The notes beneath the pieces are model-generated. The model was given only the letters and a program-made list of their open reading frames with translations. It did not search any database and was not told the origin of the DNA. The translations under genes and the position numbers were made by a program. From a virus (Duplodnaviria > Heunggongvirae > Uroviricota > Caudoviricetes): DNA of 46,955 nucleotides. Shown here piece after piece: positions 27,589 through 38,180 of this stretch; within the stretch, counting starts at the first letter, position 1, and the number at the start of each line of letters is the position of its first letter. Where the stretch lies: the IMG/VR virus record IMGVR_UViG_643348547_000013. One strand, given 5' to 3'.

Positions 27589-29547
27589 ATGCAGGCTGGT
27601 CACCAGAGTGACGCGGATATTTATATTTATGACGAGATTGGTTTCTGGGGTGTTACAGCGAAGCAGTTTATCAGTGATCTGAATGCACTGGGCGATATCA
27701 CCCACATTAATCTCCATATCAATTCACCGGGTGGCGATGTCTTTGAAGGCATCGCCATTTTTAATGCGCTGAAAACACATGGTGCGTCCATTACCGTTTA
27801 TGTCGACGGTGTGGCGGCGTCAATGGCGTCGGTCATTGCGATGGTGGGAAACCCGGTCATTATGCCGGAAAACACCTTCATGATGATTCATAAACCATTT
27901 GGCTTTACGGGCGGTGATGCGGAGGACATGCGCACCTATGCCGACCTGCTCGATAAGGTTGAGGCGGTTCTGTTACCCGCTTATGCACAGAAAACCGGGA
28001 AAACCACCGATGAAATTGCTGCCATGCTGGCGGATGAGACCTGGATGTCCGGTGCCGAATGTCTGGCACATGGATTTGCTGATCAGGTGACGCCAGCCGT
28101 TAAGGCAATGGCATGTATTCAGTCAAAACGTACAGAGGAATTTAAAAAGATGCCGGAATCCATTCGAAACATGATTACTCCGCCACGCAACAGTGCTCCA
28201 CGCGTACAGGATGATGAACCTGCAGCCTCCCGGACGCCAGTGCAGGCAGCAGCACCCGTGGTGGATGAAAACAGTATCCGTGCGCAGGTACTGGCAGAGC
28301 AAAAAGCGCGTGTAAACGGTATTAATGATCTGTTTGCCATGTTTGGCGGGCGTTATCAGACGCTGCAGGCTCAGTGTCTTGCCGATCCTGAGTGTTCGCT
28401 GGAGCAGGCCCGCGAAAAGCTGTTGAACGAGATGGGGCGCGAGTCCACGCCATCCAATAAAAATACACCGGCTCATATTTATGCTGGTAACGGTAATTTT
28501 GTGGGGGACGGGATTCGCCAGGCGCTGATGGCGCGTGCCGGATTTGAAAAAACCGAACGTGATAATGTCTACAACGGGATGACCCTGCGTGAATATGCCC
28601 GTATGTCACTGACTGAACGGGGTATTGGGGTTTCCGGTTATAACCCGATGCAGATGGTCGGTGCGGCGTTCACCCACAGTACGTCTGACTTCGGTAATAT
28701 TCTGCTGGATGTTGCGAACAAAGCCATTCTGCAGGGCTGGGAAGATGCTCCTGAAACCTATGAACAATGGACGCGGAAAGGTCAGTTGTCTGATTTTAAA
28801 ATTGCCCATCGTGTGGGTATGGGGGGCTTCAGTGCTCTGCGTCAGGTGCGTGAAGGGGCGGAATATAAATACGTCACCACCGGAGATAAACAGGCCACTA
28901 TTGCACTGGCGACCTATGGCGAGCTGTTCAGTATCACCCGTCAGGCCATTATCAATGATGATCTGAATATGCTGACCGATGTCCCGATGAAACTGGGCCG
29001 TGCGGCGAAATCCACTATTGCCGATCTGGTTTATGCCATTCTGACGTCTAACCCGAAAATCTCCACAGATAATGTAAGTCTGTTCGATAAAGCGAAACAT
29101 GCAAACGTACTGGAGAGCGCTGCAATGGACGTGGCATCGCTGGATAAAGCCCGCCAGTTGATGCGCGTTCAGAAAGAGGGGGAGCGTCATCTGAATATTC
29201 GTCCTGCGTTCGTACTGGTACCGACGGCGATGGAGTCTGTTGCTAACCAGGTCATTCGCTCCTCAAGTGTCAAGGGGGCTGACATTAACGCCGGTATTAT
29301 TAACCCGGTGAAAGATTTTGCGACCGTTATTGCAGAGCCCCGTCTTGATGATAACAGCCAGACCACCTTCTACCTGGCTGCGTCAAAAGGCTCCGATACG
29401 ATTGAAGTGGCTTATCTCAACGGTGTGGATACGCCATATATTGATCAGATGGAGGGCTTCAGTGTGGATGGCGTGACAACGAAAGTGCGTATTGACGCCG
29501 GTGTCGCGCCAGTTGATCACCGCGGTCTGGTGAAATGTACGGCGTAA
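27589..29547 (+). CDS. prohead protease (ClpP-like) fused to major capsid protein
   Basis: N-terminal ClpP-like motifs (INSPGGDVFEG, MASVIAMVG) followed by a large capsid-like region in one ORF; start position uncertain. Confidence 0.65.
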   Translation: MQAGHQSDADIYIYDEIGFWGVTAKQFISDLNALGDITHINLHINSPGGDVFEGIAIFNALKTHGASITVYVDGVAASMASVIAMVGNPVIMPENTFMMIHKPFGFTGGDAEDMRTYADLLDKVEAVLLPAYAQKTGKTTDEIAAMLADETWMSGAECLAHGFADQVTPAVKAMACIQSKRTEEFKKMPESIRNMITPPRNSAPRVQDDEPAASRTPVQAAAPVVDENSIRAQVLAEQKARVNGINDLFAMFGGRYQTLQAQCLADPECSLEQAREKLLNEMGRESTPSNKNTPAHIYAGNGNFVGDGIRQALMARAGFEKTERDNVYNGMTLREYARMSLTERGIGVSGYNPMQMVGAAFTHSTSDFGNILLDVANKAILQGWEDAPETYEQWTRKGQLSDFKIAHRVGMGGFSALRQVREGAEYKYVTTGDKQATIALATYGELFSITRQAIINDDLNMLTDVPMKLGRAAKSTIADLVYAILTSNPKISTDNVSLFDKAKHANVLESAAMDVASLDKARQLMRVQKEGERHLNIRPAFVLVPTAMESVANQVIRSSSVKGADINAGIINPVKDFATVIAEPRLDDNSQTTFYLAASKGSDTIEVAYLNGVDTPYIDQMEGFSVDGVTTKVRIDAGVAPVDHRGLVKCTA

Positions 29548-29633
29548 ACGTCGCAGACAACAACTCTGATGGCCCGTAAGGGCTTTTTTTGTACCTGAAA
29601 TCAGCCCCTGAACGGGGCTGTGCGGAGACAGTT

Positions 29634-29957
29634 ATGGCAAAGAATTTTGTAGAAGAAGGAAAAACGGTGGCGATTGTTGCCAGTGCAGCCATCAGCAGCG
29701 GAGACCTGGTGCAGGTGGGTGATGTTTTTGCGGTGGCGCTGACCGATATTCCACAGGGTGAAACAGGCGACGGCCTGACCGAAGGTGTGTTTATGCTGCC
29801 TAAGCTGAAAACGGATGACATGAAAACGGGTAAGAAGGTTTATCTGAAGTCCGGAAAAGTTCAGCTGACTAACAGCGGCTCTGATCCGCTGGTCGGGGTT
29901 GTCTGGGCAGATGCCGGAACCAGTGCAGAAGAAGTGCCGGTAAAACTCAATGTCTGA
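29634..29957 (+). CDS. putative head decoration / DUF2190-like protein
   Basis: Start at MAKNFVEEGK with GGAG RBS; position after capsid. Confidence 0.45.
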   Translation: MAKNFVEEGKTVAIVASAAISSGDLVQVGDVFAVALTDIPQGETGDGLTEGVFMLPKLKTDDMKTGKKVYLKSGKVQLTNSGSDPLVGVVWADAGTSAEEVPVKLNV

Positions 29958-30225
29958 TCCCTTTTCCCGGCTGGCAGCGCGTATGGATGCGATCACGGTC
30001 AGAAAGATGGGAAAGACAGCCTCGATTAATGATGTCGATATGACTGTGATCCCGGGAGAAACACTGGCAGAGCTGAATGCTCTGTCCGGACCTGCGGTCT
30101 CTCTGGTGGTGTTTTCTTCGGGATACCGCCCACGGCGCGGGGATCGCGTTGTTTATGACGGACAACATTGGACGGTCACACGGCATGAACGCTTTAACGG
30201 TAAGCCAATGATCTTTATTGAGTAA
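29950..30225 (+). CDS. putative head completion / head-tail joining protein
   Basis: 91-aa ORF between head and tail modules. Confidence 0.45.
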   Translation: MSDPFSRLAARMDAITVRKMGKTASINDVDMTVIPGETLAELNALSGPAVSLVVFSSGYRPRRGDRVVYDGQHWTVTRHERFNGKPMIFIE

Positions 30226-30236
30226 AGAGGTGTGGG

Positions 30237-30815
30237 ATGAAGGGGCTTGAGAATGCCATCCGCAATCTGAACAGCCTTGATACCCGTATGGTGCCACAGG
30301 CCAGCGCATGGGCGATAAACCGTGTGGCACAGAAAGCGGTCTCGGTTGCCACCCGGCAGGTTGCCGGGAATACCGTTGCGGGAGATAACCAGGTGAAAGG
30401 GATACCCCTGAAACTGGTACGTCAGCGTGTCCGGGTGTTTAAAGCCAGTCCGTCAGGAAAAATGACGGCCAGGATCCGCGTTAACCGGGGCAATCTGCCT
30501 GCCATTAAGCTGGGGACCGCCCGGGTCAGACTGACCCGGCGTGGTGGAAAACTGCAGTACCGTGGCAGCGTGCTGAAGGTGGGTAAATATCTTTTCCGGG
30601 ATGCGTTTATTCAGCAACTGGCGAATGGTCGCTGGCATGTGATGCGGCGTATTGATGGCAAAAATCGTTACCCCATTGATGTGGTGAAAATCCCTCTGTC
30701 CGGACCGCTGACACAGGCATTTGAAGATGCCCGCGACCGCATCATTGCTGCGGAAATGCCGAAACAGCTGGGGTATGCACTGAAACAACAACTGAGGTTA
30801 TGGCTGACCCGATGA
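30237..30815 (+). CDS. Z: minor tail protein Z
   Basis: 192 aa; position and sequence character match lambda gpZ. Confidence 0.7.
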   Translation: MKGLENAIRNLNSLDTRMVPQASAWAINRVAQKAVSVATRQVAGNTVAGDNQVKGIPLKLVRQRVRVFKASPSGKMTARIRVNRGNLPAIKLGTARVRLTRRGGKLQYRGSVLKVGKYLFRDAFIQQLANGRWHVMRRIDGKNRYPIDVVKIPLSGPLTQAFEDARDRIIAAEMPKQLGYALKQQLRLWLTR

Positions 30816-31213
30816 ACCGACATACACAAATCCGCCAGGTCGTACTGGCACGCCTTCGGGAACAGTGTGGAGACAGCGCCACGTTTTTTGACGGGCTTCC
30901 GGCATTTGTTGATGCGCAGGAACTGCCTGCCGTGGCGGTGTGGCTGAGTGATGCTCAGTACACCGGAAAAATGACGGATGAAGATGACTGGCAGGCTGTT
31001 CTGCATATTGCTGTCTTCATCCGGGCACAGGCACCGGATTCAGAGCTGGATATGTGGATGGAGAGCACCATTTTCCCGGCCCTGAATGATGTACCGGCAC
31101 TTTCCGGACTCATCGACACCCTGATCCCACTCGGTTTTAACTATCAACGTGATAATGAGATGGCCACCTGGGCGATGGCGGAAATCACGTACCAGATCAC
31201 GTACACGAATTAA
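30800..31213 (+). CDS. U: minor tail protein U (tail terminator)
   Basis: 137 aa, lambda gpU-like. Confidence 0.7.
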   Translation: MADPMNRHTQIRQVVLARLREQCGDSATFFDGLPAFVDAQELPAVAVWLSDAQYTGKMTDEDDWQAVLHIAVFIRAQAPDSELDMWMESTIFPALNDVPALSGLIDTLIPLGFNYQRDNEMATWAMAEITYQITYTN

Positions 31214-31223
31214 GGAGGTGGCA

Positions 31224-31967
31224 ATGACCACACCAAATCCACTGGCAAAAACGAAAGGTGCGGGAACGACGTTCTGGATGTACACCGGCAAGGGCGATGC
31301 GTTTGCGAACCCTTTATCGGACACTGACTGGCTGCGTCTTGCGATGGTGAAGGATCTGCAGCCTGGCGAAATGACCGCTGATGCAGAAGATGACACTTAT
31401 CTCGATGATGAAGATGCAGACTGGAAAACGACAACCCAGGGGCAGAAATCCGTCGGTGATACTTCGGCGACGCTGGCCTGGCGTCCGGGTGACAGCGGGC
31501 AGAAAAAACTGGTTCAGTTGTTCGACTCCGGTGAAGTCTGCGCGTTTCGTATCAAATATCCCAACGGTACTGTTGATGTTTTCCGTGGCTGGCTGAGTTC
31601 ACTGGGTAAAACCATTGCCTCAAAAGACGTGATGACCCGCACAGTGAAAATCAGCGGTGTGGGGCGTCCGTATCTGGCAGAAGAAGGCACTGAAACCGTG
31701 GGCGTTACCGGGCTGACGGTGGCACCGGCATCTGCCAGTGTAAAAGTGGGAGCAACCACCACGCTGACCTTTACAGTAAAACCTGACGGAGCCAGTGACA
31801 AAGCGATCAGTGTGCATTCGACAGATCCACAGACTGCCACGGTGACCCTGAACGGGCTTGTGGCCACGGTGAAAGGCGTGAAGCAGGGCAGTGTCAGCAT
31901 TGTGGGCATGACTTCTGACGGCGATTTTGTGGCAGTGGCTACGGTGGCTGTCAGCGCCGCAGGTTAA
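31224..31967 (+). CDS. V: major tail protein V with C-terminal Ig-like domain
   Basis: Start MTTPNPLAKTKGAGTTFWMY with AAGGAGG RBS; C-terminal Big_2-like repeat. Confidence 0.85.
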   Translation: MTTPNPLAKTKGAGTTFWMYTGKGDAFANPLSDTDWLRLAMVKDLQPGEMTADAEDDTYLDDEDADWKTTTQGQKSVGDTSATLAWRPGDSGQKKLVQLFDSGEVCAFRIKYPNGTVDVFRGWLSSLGKTIASKDVMTRTVKISGVGRPYLAEEGTETVGVTGLTVAPASASVKVGATTTLTFTVKPDGASDKAISVHSTDPQTATVTLNGLVATVKGVKQGSVSIVGMTSDGDFVAVATVAVSAAG

Positions 31968-32024
31968 CAGGACGATACTCATCATTTGCCCCGATTATCC
32001 GGGGCTTTTTTGCAGGTGGAGAAC

Positions 32025-32414
32025 ATGATGTTTCTGAAACAGGGCACGTTTAATTATGAAAAGCAGTCCGTGGTGCTCAGTGAGCTGTCCGGGCTGCAGA
32101 GAATTGAATATCTGGCGTTTGTTCAGCAGCGAACGGCAAAGTTTGATGCCGAAGAGGGAGAACTGCCGGAGGCTGAACGACAGATTGCTTTTCTGCGGAT
32201 GGGGATGGATATCAATGCCTGGCTGGTTTCCCGCTCACTGTGGAATGCGGATCAGTCTAAGGATGTAGAGACGCTTTGCGCATCCGTTATTACAACATGG
32301 TCGTATGATGCCCTGGGTGCGGGGGCGGAGATGGTTCTGTCGCTGAGCGGTATGGGGACCATTGATAATGCCGGGGATGATGAGCATGAGGCGCTGATGC
32401 CGGAAAAGTCCTGA
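32025..32414 (+). CDS. G: tail assembly chaperone G
   Basis: Start with GGTGGAG RBS; ends 6 nt after the GGAAAAG slippery site. Confidence 0.7.
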   Translation: MMFLKQGTFNYEKQSVVLSELSGLQRIEYLAFVQQRTAKFDAEEGELPEAERQIAFLRMGMDINAWLVSRSLWNADQSKDVETLCASVITTWSYDALGAGAEMVLSLSGMGTIDNAGDDEHEALMPEKS

Positions 32415-32752
32415 CGCGGGAAATGCAGTTTGTCATGCGGCTTGCCCGGGAGTTCCGGCGGGCAGACTGGCGGCGGATGCTGTCGGAAATGTCGGCCACT
32501 GAGCTTGGTGAGTGGGGCGATTATTTCCGGATGCAGAGCTTCAGTGATGTGTGGATGGATGCGCAGTTTGCCTCGCTGAAGGCATTGATCGTGAGAATGG
32601 TGTCCGGCAGTAGTGATGCTGCGGTGGCTGATTTCAGCCTTTTACCGGAAGAGAACGGGATACCGGAGCGAACGGACGAAGAACTGATGCATCTTGGGGA
32701 AGGTATTTCCGGAGGTGTGCGTTATGGACCAGATAGCCAACCTGGTCATTGA
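32402..32752 (+). CDS. T: T portion of the G-T frameshift fusion (-1 shift at GGAAAAG, 32402-32408)
   Basis: Open -1 frame from the slippery heptamer to 32752; conserved G/GT arrangement. Confidence 0.6.
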   Translation, partial: GKVLTREMQFVMRLAREFRRADWRRMLSEMSATELGEWGDYFRMQSFSDVWMDAQFASLKALIVRMVSGSSDAAVADFSLLPEENGIPERTDEELMHLGEGISGGVRYGPDSQPGH

Positions 32753-35700
32753 TTTGGGGATTGATGCGGCAGAGTTTAAAAATGAAATCCCCCGTATCAA
32801 AAACCTTCTGAATGGTGCAGCCAGCGATGCAGAACGGTCTTCTGCCCGTATGCAGCGTTTTATGGAGCGTCAGACTCAGGCCGCCCGGCAGACAACGCAG
32901 GCGGCTTCTTCGGCTGCAACAGCCGCATCCGTCCATGCGCAGACGGTGGAGAAGAACGCACAGGCTCATGAACGCATGGCCCGCGAGGTGGAGAAAACCC
33001 GCCAGCGCATGGAGGCGCTGAGCCAGAAAATGCGCGAGGAACAGGCGCAGGCCATGGCTCTGGCGGAGGCTCAGGATAAAGCAGCTGCTGCGTTTTATCG
33101 TCAGATTGACAGTGTGAAACAGGCCAGTGCGGGGCTGCAGGAATTACAGCGTATTCAGCAGCAGATCCGACAGGCCAGAAACAGTGGCGGGATTGGTCAG
33201 CAGGATTATCTGGCGCTGATTTCTGAGGTTACGGCGAAAACCCGTGTTCTTACGCAGGCTGAGGAAGAGTCTACCCGACAGAAAGTGGCGTTTATCCGTC
33301 AGCTTAAAGAGCAGGCAACCCGCCAGAATCTTTCTTCTTCTGAGTTGCTTCGTGCCAGGGCTGCCCAGCTGGGGGTAAGCAGTGCTGCAGAAGTGTATAT
33401 CCGCAAAATGGAGCAGGCAGGAAAAGCCACGCATTCGCTGGGTCTGAAAAGTGCAGCAGCCCGCCAGGAGATAGGCGTTCTGATAGGTGAACTGGCCCGT
33501 GGCAATTTAGGAGCGCTGAGGGGATCCGGGATAACGCTGGCTAACCGTGCCGGATGGATAGACACACTGATGTCACCGAAAGGCATGATGCTGGGCGGGG
33601 TTATTGGCGGTATTGCCGCGGCCGTCTATGGTCTGGGTAAAGCCTGGTATGACGGTCAGAAGGAGGGGGAAGAATTTAACCGCCAGCTGTCACTGACGGG
33701 GCATTATGCCGGAGTCACTGCCGGGCAGCTGTGGACGCTCAGTCGTGCTATTTCCGGGAATGGTATCACGCAACATGCTGCAGCCGGTGCGCTGGCTCAG
33801 GTGGTGGGGAGTGGTGCATTTCGTGGAAACGATATCGGTATGGTGGCGAGAGCTGCCGCACAGATGGAGCGATCGGTTGGCCAGTCGGTCAGCGATACCA
33901 TAAATCAGTTTAAGCGGCTGAAGGATGATCCTGTAAATGCCGCGAAGGCTCTGGACAATGAGCTGCATTTTCTTACTGCCACTCAGCTTGAGCAGATACG
34001 CGTCCTTGGGGATCAGGGGCGGTCCAGTGATGCTGCACGGATAGCCATGTCTGCACTGGCAGAGGAAACCGGTCGGCGTACTGCGGATATTGATAATAAC
34101 CTCAATGCGCTGGGCAGTACGCTGAAGTATCTGTCTGATTTATGGAGTCGTTTCTGGGATGCGGCCATGAATATTGGTCGTGAAGACTCGCTGGATGAAC
34201 AGATTGCCGCTTTACAGGAGAAAGTGTCGCGGGCGAAAAGACTCCCCTGGACGGCATCATCTTCTCAGGTTGAATACGATCAGCAGCGTCTTAACGATCT
34301 TCAGGAGAAAAAACGCCAGAAGGATTTGCAGGATGCAAAAGAGCAGGCAGAGCGGAATTATCAGGAGCAACAGAAACGCCGTAATGCTGAAAATGCTGCA
34401 CTGAACCGGATGAATGAAACGGAAGCTGCACGACATCAGCGTGAAATTGCGCGTATTAATGCCATGCAGTACGCCGATCAGGCTGTCAGGGATGCGGCGA
34501 TACAACGTGAAAATGAACGTTACGAGAAAGCCCTGGCATCCGGTAAGAAAAAAACACGCGAAACCCGTAATGATGAGGCCACCCGGTTATTGCTGCAGTA
34601 CAGTCAGCAACAGGCACAGGTGGAAGGACAGATTGCTGCTGCCAGACAGTCAGCAGGCATTGCCACGGAAAGGATGACAGAAGCGCATAAACAGCTTCTG
34701 GCTCTGCAGCAGCGCATCAGCGACCTGGACGGGAAAAAACTGACGGCAGATGAAAAGAGTGTGCTGGCCCGTAAAGATGAACTGATTCAGGCACTGACGC
34801 TGCTGGATGTAAAACAGCAGGAGCTTCAGAAACAGACGGCACTCAACGAGCTGAAGAAAAAAACAATTCAGCTGACCAGTCAACTGGCTGAAGAAGAGCG
34901 CGCTCAGCGTCAGCAACATGACCTGGATATCGCCACGGTGGGTATGGGTGATCAGCAGCGACAGCGATATCAGGTACAACTGAGTCTTCGCCAGAAATAC
35001 CAGCAACAGCTGGAGCAGTTGAGGCGGGATAGTGAGCAGAAAGGGACATATAACACGGATGACTACAGAAAGGCCGAGCAGGCGCTGACGGAGAGCCTGA
35101 ACCGACAACTGAATGAGAATCGCCGTTACTGGCAACAGCTTGAAGTTGTGCAGGGTAACTGGAAAAACGGAGTCCTGCGTGCATTTCAGGATTTTACCGT
35201 GGATGCAGATAATACGGCAGAAACAGCAGAACAGGTGTTCTCGTCAGCCTTCAGCAACATGGGAAATGGCCTGGCAACTTTTGTCACTACCGGCAAACTC
35301 AATTTCAAATCCTTCACCTCTTCTGTGCTGTCAGATATGGCGAAAATCCTGGCGCAGGCAACCATGATGAAATCGATAAAAGGGATTGGCAGTGTACTGG
35401 GATTTGATCTCAGCAGCCTTTCCCTGAATGCCAATGGGGGGATTTATCAGTCTGCTGATTTGAGTCGTTACAGTGGCACGGTGGTTAACCGTCCGACGTT
35501 TTTTGCTTTTGCAAAAGGCGCGGGTGTGATGGGGGAAGCGGGACCTGAAGCCATTCTGCCATTGCGTCGTGGTGCTGACGGTAAGCTGGGGGTTGTGGCG
35601 GATATTGGGGGTTCAGGTATGGCGATGTTTTCCCCGCAGTACAACATCGAGATCAATAACGATGGCACGAACGGGCAGATAGGTCCGGCTGCCCTGAAGG

Positions 35701-35789
35701 CGGTTTATGACCTCGGGAAAAAAGCGGCAGCGGACTTTATGCAACAGCAGGCCCGTGATGGTGGTCGGTTAAGTGGAGCATATCGGTAA
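32724..35789 (+). CDS. H: tail tape measure protein H
   Basis: About 1020 aa, coiled-coil-rich; start MDQIANL with GGAGG RBS. Confidence 0.9.
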   Translation: MDQIANLVIDLGIDAAEFKNEIPRIKNLLNGAASDAERSSARMQRFMERQTQAARQTTQAASSAATAASVHAQTVEKNAQAHERMAREVEKTRQRMEALSQKMREEQAQAMALAEAQDKAAAAFYRQIDSVKQASAGLQELQRIQQQIRQARNSGGIGQQDYLALISEVTAKTRVLTQAEEESTRQKVAFIRQLKEQATRQNLSSSELLRARAAQLGVSSAAEVYIRKMEQAGKATHSLGLKSAAARQEIGVLIGELARGNLGALRGSGITLANRAGWIDTLMSPKGMMLGGVIGGIAAAVYGLGKAWYDGQKEGEEFNRQLSLTGHYAGVTAGQLWTLSRAISGNGITQHAAAGALAQVVGSGAFRGNDIGMVARAAAQMERSVGQSVSDTINQFKRLKDDPVNAAKALDNELHFLTATQLEQIRVLGDQGRSSDAARIAMSALAEETGRRTADIDNNLNALGSTLKYLSDLWSRFWDAAMNIGREDSLDEQIAALQEKVSRAKRLPWTASSSQVEYDQQRLNDLQEKKRQKDLQDAKEQAERNYQEQQKRRNAENAALNRMNETEAARHQREIARINAMQYADQAVRDAAIQRENERYEKALASGKKKTRETRNDEATRLLLQYSQQQAQVEGQIAAARQSAGIATERMTEAHKQLLALQQRISDLDGKKLTADEKSVLARKDELIQALTLLDVKQQELQKQTALNELKKKTIQLTSQLAEEERAQRQQHDLDIATVGMGDQQRQRYQVQLSLRQKYQQQLEQLRRDSEQKGTYNTDDYRKAEQALTESLNRQLNENRRYWQQLEVVQGNWKNGVLRAFQDFTVDADNTAETAEQVFSSAFSNMGNGLATFVTTGKLNFKSFTSSVLSDMAKILAQATMMKSIKGIGSVLGFDLSSLSLNANGGIYQSADLSRYSGTVVNRPTFFAFAKGAGVMGEAGPEAILPLRRGADGKLGVVADIGGSGMAMFSPQYNIEINNDGTNGQIGPAALKAVYDLGKKAAADFMQQQARDGGRLSGAYR

Positions 35790-36118
35790 TGGAGACGTTT
35801 CACTGGAAAGTGCGCCCGGATATGAATGTGGTATCAGAGCCGAAAGTGGTGACAGTGAAGCTGGGCGATGGTTATGAACAGCGTCGTGCGGCGGGACTGA
35901 ATAACCAGTTGTCGACTTACAGCGTGACGATACGTGTTCGTAAATGTGAACACCCATCTTTAAAAGCCTTTCTGGAACGGCACGGTGGCGTCCGTGCATT
36001 TCAGTGGACGCCACCTTATGACTGGAAACCGATCAGGGTGGTTTGTCGTAAATGGTCGGCAAGCGTGGGGGCGCTGTGGGTAACCATAACGGCAGATTTT
36101 GAACAGGTCGTGGCATAG
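35789..36118 (+). CDS. M: minor tail protein M
   Basis: 109 aa, lambda gpM-like. Confidence 0.85.
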   Translation: METFHWKVRPDMNVVSEPKVVTVKLGDGYEQRRAAGLNNQLSTYSVTIRVRKCEHPSLKAFLERHGGVRAFQWTPPYDWKPIRVVCRKWSASVGALWVTITADFEQVVA

Positions 36119-36127
36119 GAGGCTCTG

Positions 36128-36826
36128 ATGCAGGATATTCCACAGGAAACACATCATGAGACGACACGCCTCACTCAGTCAGCCCAGGTGGTGCTCTGGG
36201 AAATCGATCTGACAGAGGTCGGTGGTGAACGTTATTTTTTCTGTAATGAGCAGAACGAAAAAGGTGAGCCGGTTACCTGGCAGGGGCGGCAGTATCAGGC
36301 ATACCCCATTCAGGGGACAGGATTTGAACTGAACGGCAAGGGCAGTGCTGCCCGTCCGACACTGACGGTTTCTAACCTGCACGGTATGGTCACCGGGATG
36401 GCGGAAGATCTGCAGAGTCTGGTCGGCGGAACGGTGGTCCGGCGTAAGGTTTACGCCCGTTTTCTGGATGCGGTGAACTTCGTCAACGGAAACAGTGACG
36501 CCGACCCGGAGCAGGAGGTGATCAGCCGCTGGCGCATCGAGCAGTGCAGCGAACTGAGCGCGGTCAGTGCCTCTTTTGTACTGGCCACGCCGACGGAAAC
36601 GGACGGCGCTGTTTTTCCGGGACGTATCATGCTGGCCAACACCTGCACCTGGACCTATCGCGGCGATGAGTGCGGTTATCACGGTCCGGCGGTCGCGGAT
36701 GAATATGACCAGCCAACGTCCGATATCACGAAGGATAAATGCAGCAAATGCCTGAGCGGTTGTAAGTTCCGCAATAACGTCGGCAACTTTGGCGGCTTCC
36801 TTTCCATTAACAAACTTTCGCAGTAA
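36128..36826 (+). CDS. L: minor tail protein L
   Basis: 232 aa with C-terminal Cys cluster, lambda gpL-like. Confidence 0.85.
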   Translation: MQDIPQETHHETTRLTQSAQVVLWEIDLTEVGGERYFFCNEQNEKGEPVTWQGRQYQAYPIQGTGFELNGKGSAARPTLTVSNLHGMVTGMAEDLQSLVGGTVVRRKVYARFLDAVNFVNGNSDADPEQEVISRWRIEQCSELSAVSASFVLATPTETDGAVFPGRIMLANTCTWTYRGDECGYHGPAVADEYDQPTSDITKDKCSKCLSGCKFRNNVGNFGGFLSINKLSQ

Positions 36827-36831
36827 ATCCC

Positions 36832-37575
36832 ATGACAGAAACAGAATCAGCGATTCTGGCGCACGCCCGGCGATGTGCGCCAGCGGAGTCGTGCGGCTTC
36901 GTGGTGAGAACGCAGGAGGGAGAAAGATATTTTCCCTGCGTGAATATCTCCGGTGAGCCGGAGGAGTATTTCCGGATGTCGCCGGAGGACTGGCTGCGGG
37001 CAGAAATGCAGGGTGAGATTGTGGCGCTGGTCCACAGCCACCCCGGTGGTCTGCCCTGGCTGAGTGAGGCTGACCGGCGGCTGCAGGTGCAGAGTGATTT
37101 GCCGTGGTGGCTGGTCTGCCGGGGTGAGATTCATAAATTCCGCTGTGTGCCGCATCTCACCGGGCGGCGCTTTGAGCACGGGGTGACGGACTGTTACACG
37201 CTGTTCCGGGATGCTTACCATCTGGCGGGGATTGAGATGCCGGATTTTCATCGCGGGGATGACTGGTGGCGTAACGGTCAGAATCTCTATCTGGATAATC
37301 TGGAGGCCACAGGGCTGTATCAGGTGCCGTTGTCAGCGGCGCAGCCGGGCGATGTGCTGCTGTGCTGTTTTGGTTCATCGGTGCCGAATCATGCCGCTAT
37401 TTACTGCGGCGACGGCGAGCTGCTGCACCATATTCCTGAACAACTGAGCAAACGAGAGAGGTATACCGACAAATGGCAGCGACGCACACACTCCCTCTGG
37501 CGTCACCGGGCATGGCACGCATCTGCCTTTACGGGGATTTGCAACGATTTGGCCGCCGCATCGACCTTCGTGTGA
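36832..37575 (+). CDS. K: tail assembly protein K (MPN/JAB + NlpC/P60)
   Basis: N-terminus MTETESAILAHARRCAPAESCGFVV and HSHPGG motif recalled from lambda gpK. Confidence 0.9.
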   Translation: MTETESAILAHARRCAPAESCGFVVRTQEGERYFPCVNISGEPEEYFRMSPEDWLRAEMQGEIVALVHSHPGGLPWLSEADRRLQVQSDLPWWLVCRGEIHKFRCVPHLTGRRFEHGVTDCYTLFRDAYHLAGIEMPDFHRGDDWWRNGQNLYLDNLEATGLYQVPLSAAQPGDVLLCCFGSSVPNHAAIYCGDGELLHHIPEQLSKRERYTDKWQRRTHSLWRHRAWHASAFTGICNDLAAASTFV

Positions 37576-38120
37576 AAACGGGGGCCGAAGCCATCCGGGC
37601 GCTGGCCACACAGCTCCCGGCGTTTCGTCAGAAACTGAATGACGGCTGGTATCAGGTGCGCATTGCCGGGCGTGATGCAGGTGAAACCGAATTATCTGCC
37701 CGTCTTAATGAGCCGCTGGCAAATGGTGCCGTGATCCATATCGTGCCGCGTCTGGCGGGAGCTAAAAGTGGCGGTGTGTTTCAGGTGGTGCTGGGGGCGG
37801 CGTTGATTGCGGTGGCATGGTGGAACCCTGTGGGCTGGCTGGGTGCCGCGGCTGTATCGGGCATGTATGCGGCAGGGGCCAGTATGATCCTGGGCGGTGT
37901 GGCGCAGATGCTGGCACCGAAAGCCAGGACGTCCACGGCAGCCAGTACAGATAACGGCAAACAGAACACCTATTTTTCCTCACTGGATAACATGGTTGCT
38001 CAGGGCAATGTTTTGCCTGTTCTGTACGGTGAAATGCGTGTGGGGTCGCGGGTAGTTTCTCAGGAGATCAGCACGGCAGACGAAGGGGACGGTGGTCAGG
38101 TTGTGGTGATTGGTCGCTGA
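37473..38120 (+). CDS. I: tail assembly protein I
   Basis: MAATHTLPLASPGMARICLYGDLQRFG recalled from lambda gpI; overlaps K 3' end. Confidence 0.85.
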   Translation: MAATHTLPLASPGMARICLYGDLQRFGRRIDLRVKTGAEAIRALATQLPAFRQKLNDGWYQVRIAGRDAGETELSARLNEPLANGAVIHIVPRLAGAKSGGVFQVVLGAALIAVAWWNPVGWLGAAAVSGMYAAGASMILGGVAQMLAPKARTSTAASTDNGKQNTYFSSLDNMVAQGNVLPVLYGEMRVGSRVVSQEISTADEGDGGQVVVIGR

Positions 38121-38180
38121 TGCAAAATGTTTTATGTGAAACCGCCTCCGGGCGGTTTTGTCGTTTATGGAGCATGACGA

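Noticed and set aside
34650-35184. Antisense ORFs inside the tape-measure gene (and similar ones inside J, 39111-40049)
   Set aside because: Long antisense open frames are expected in GC-biased coding DNA; the plus-strand genes are strongly supported.
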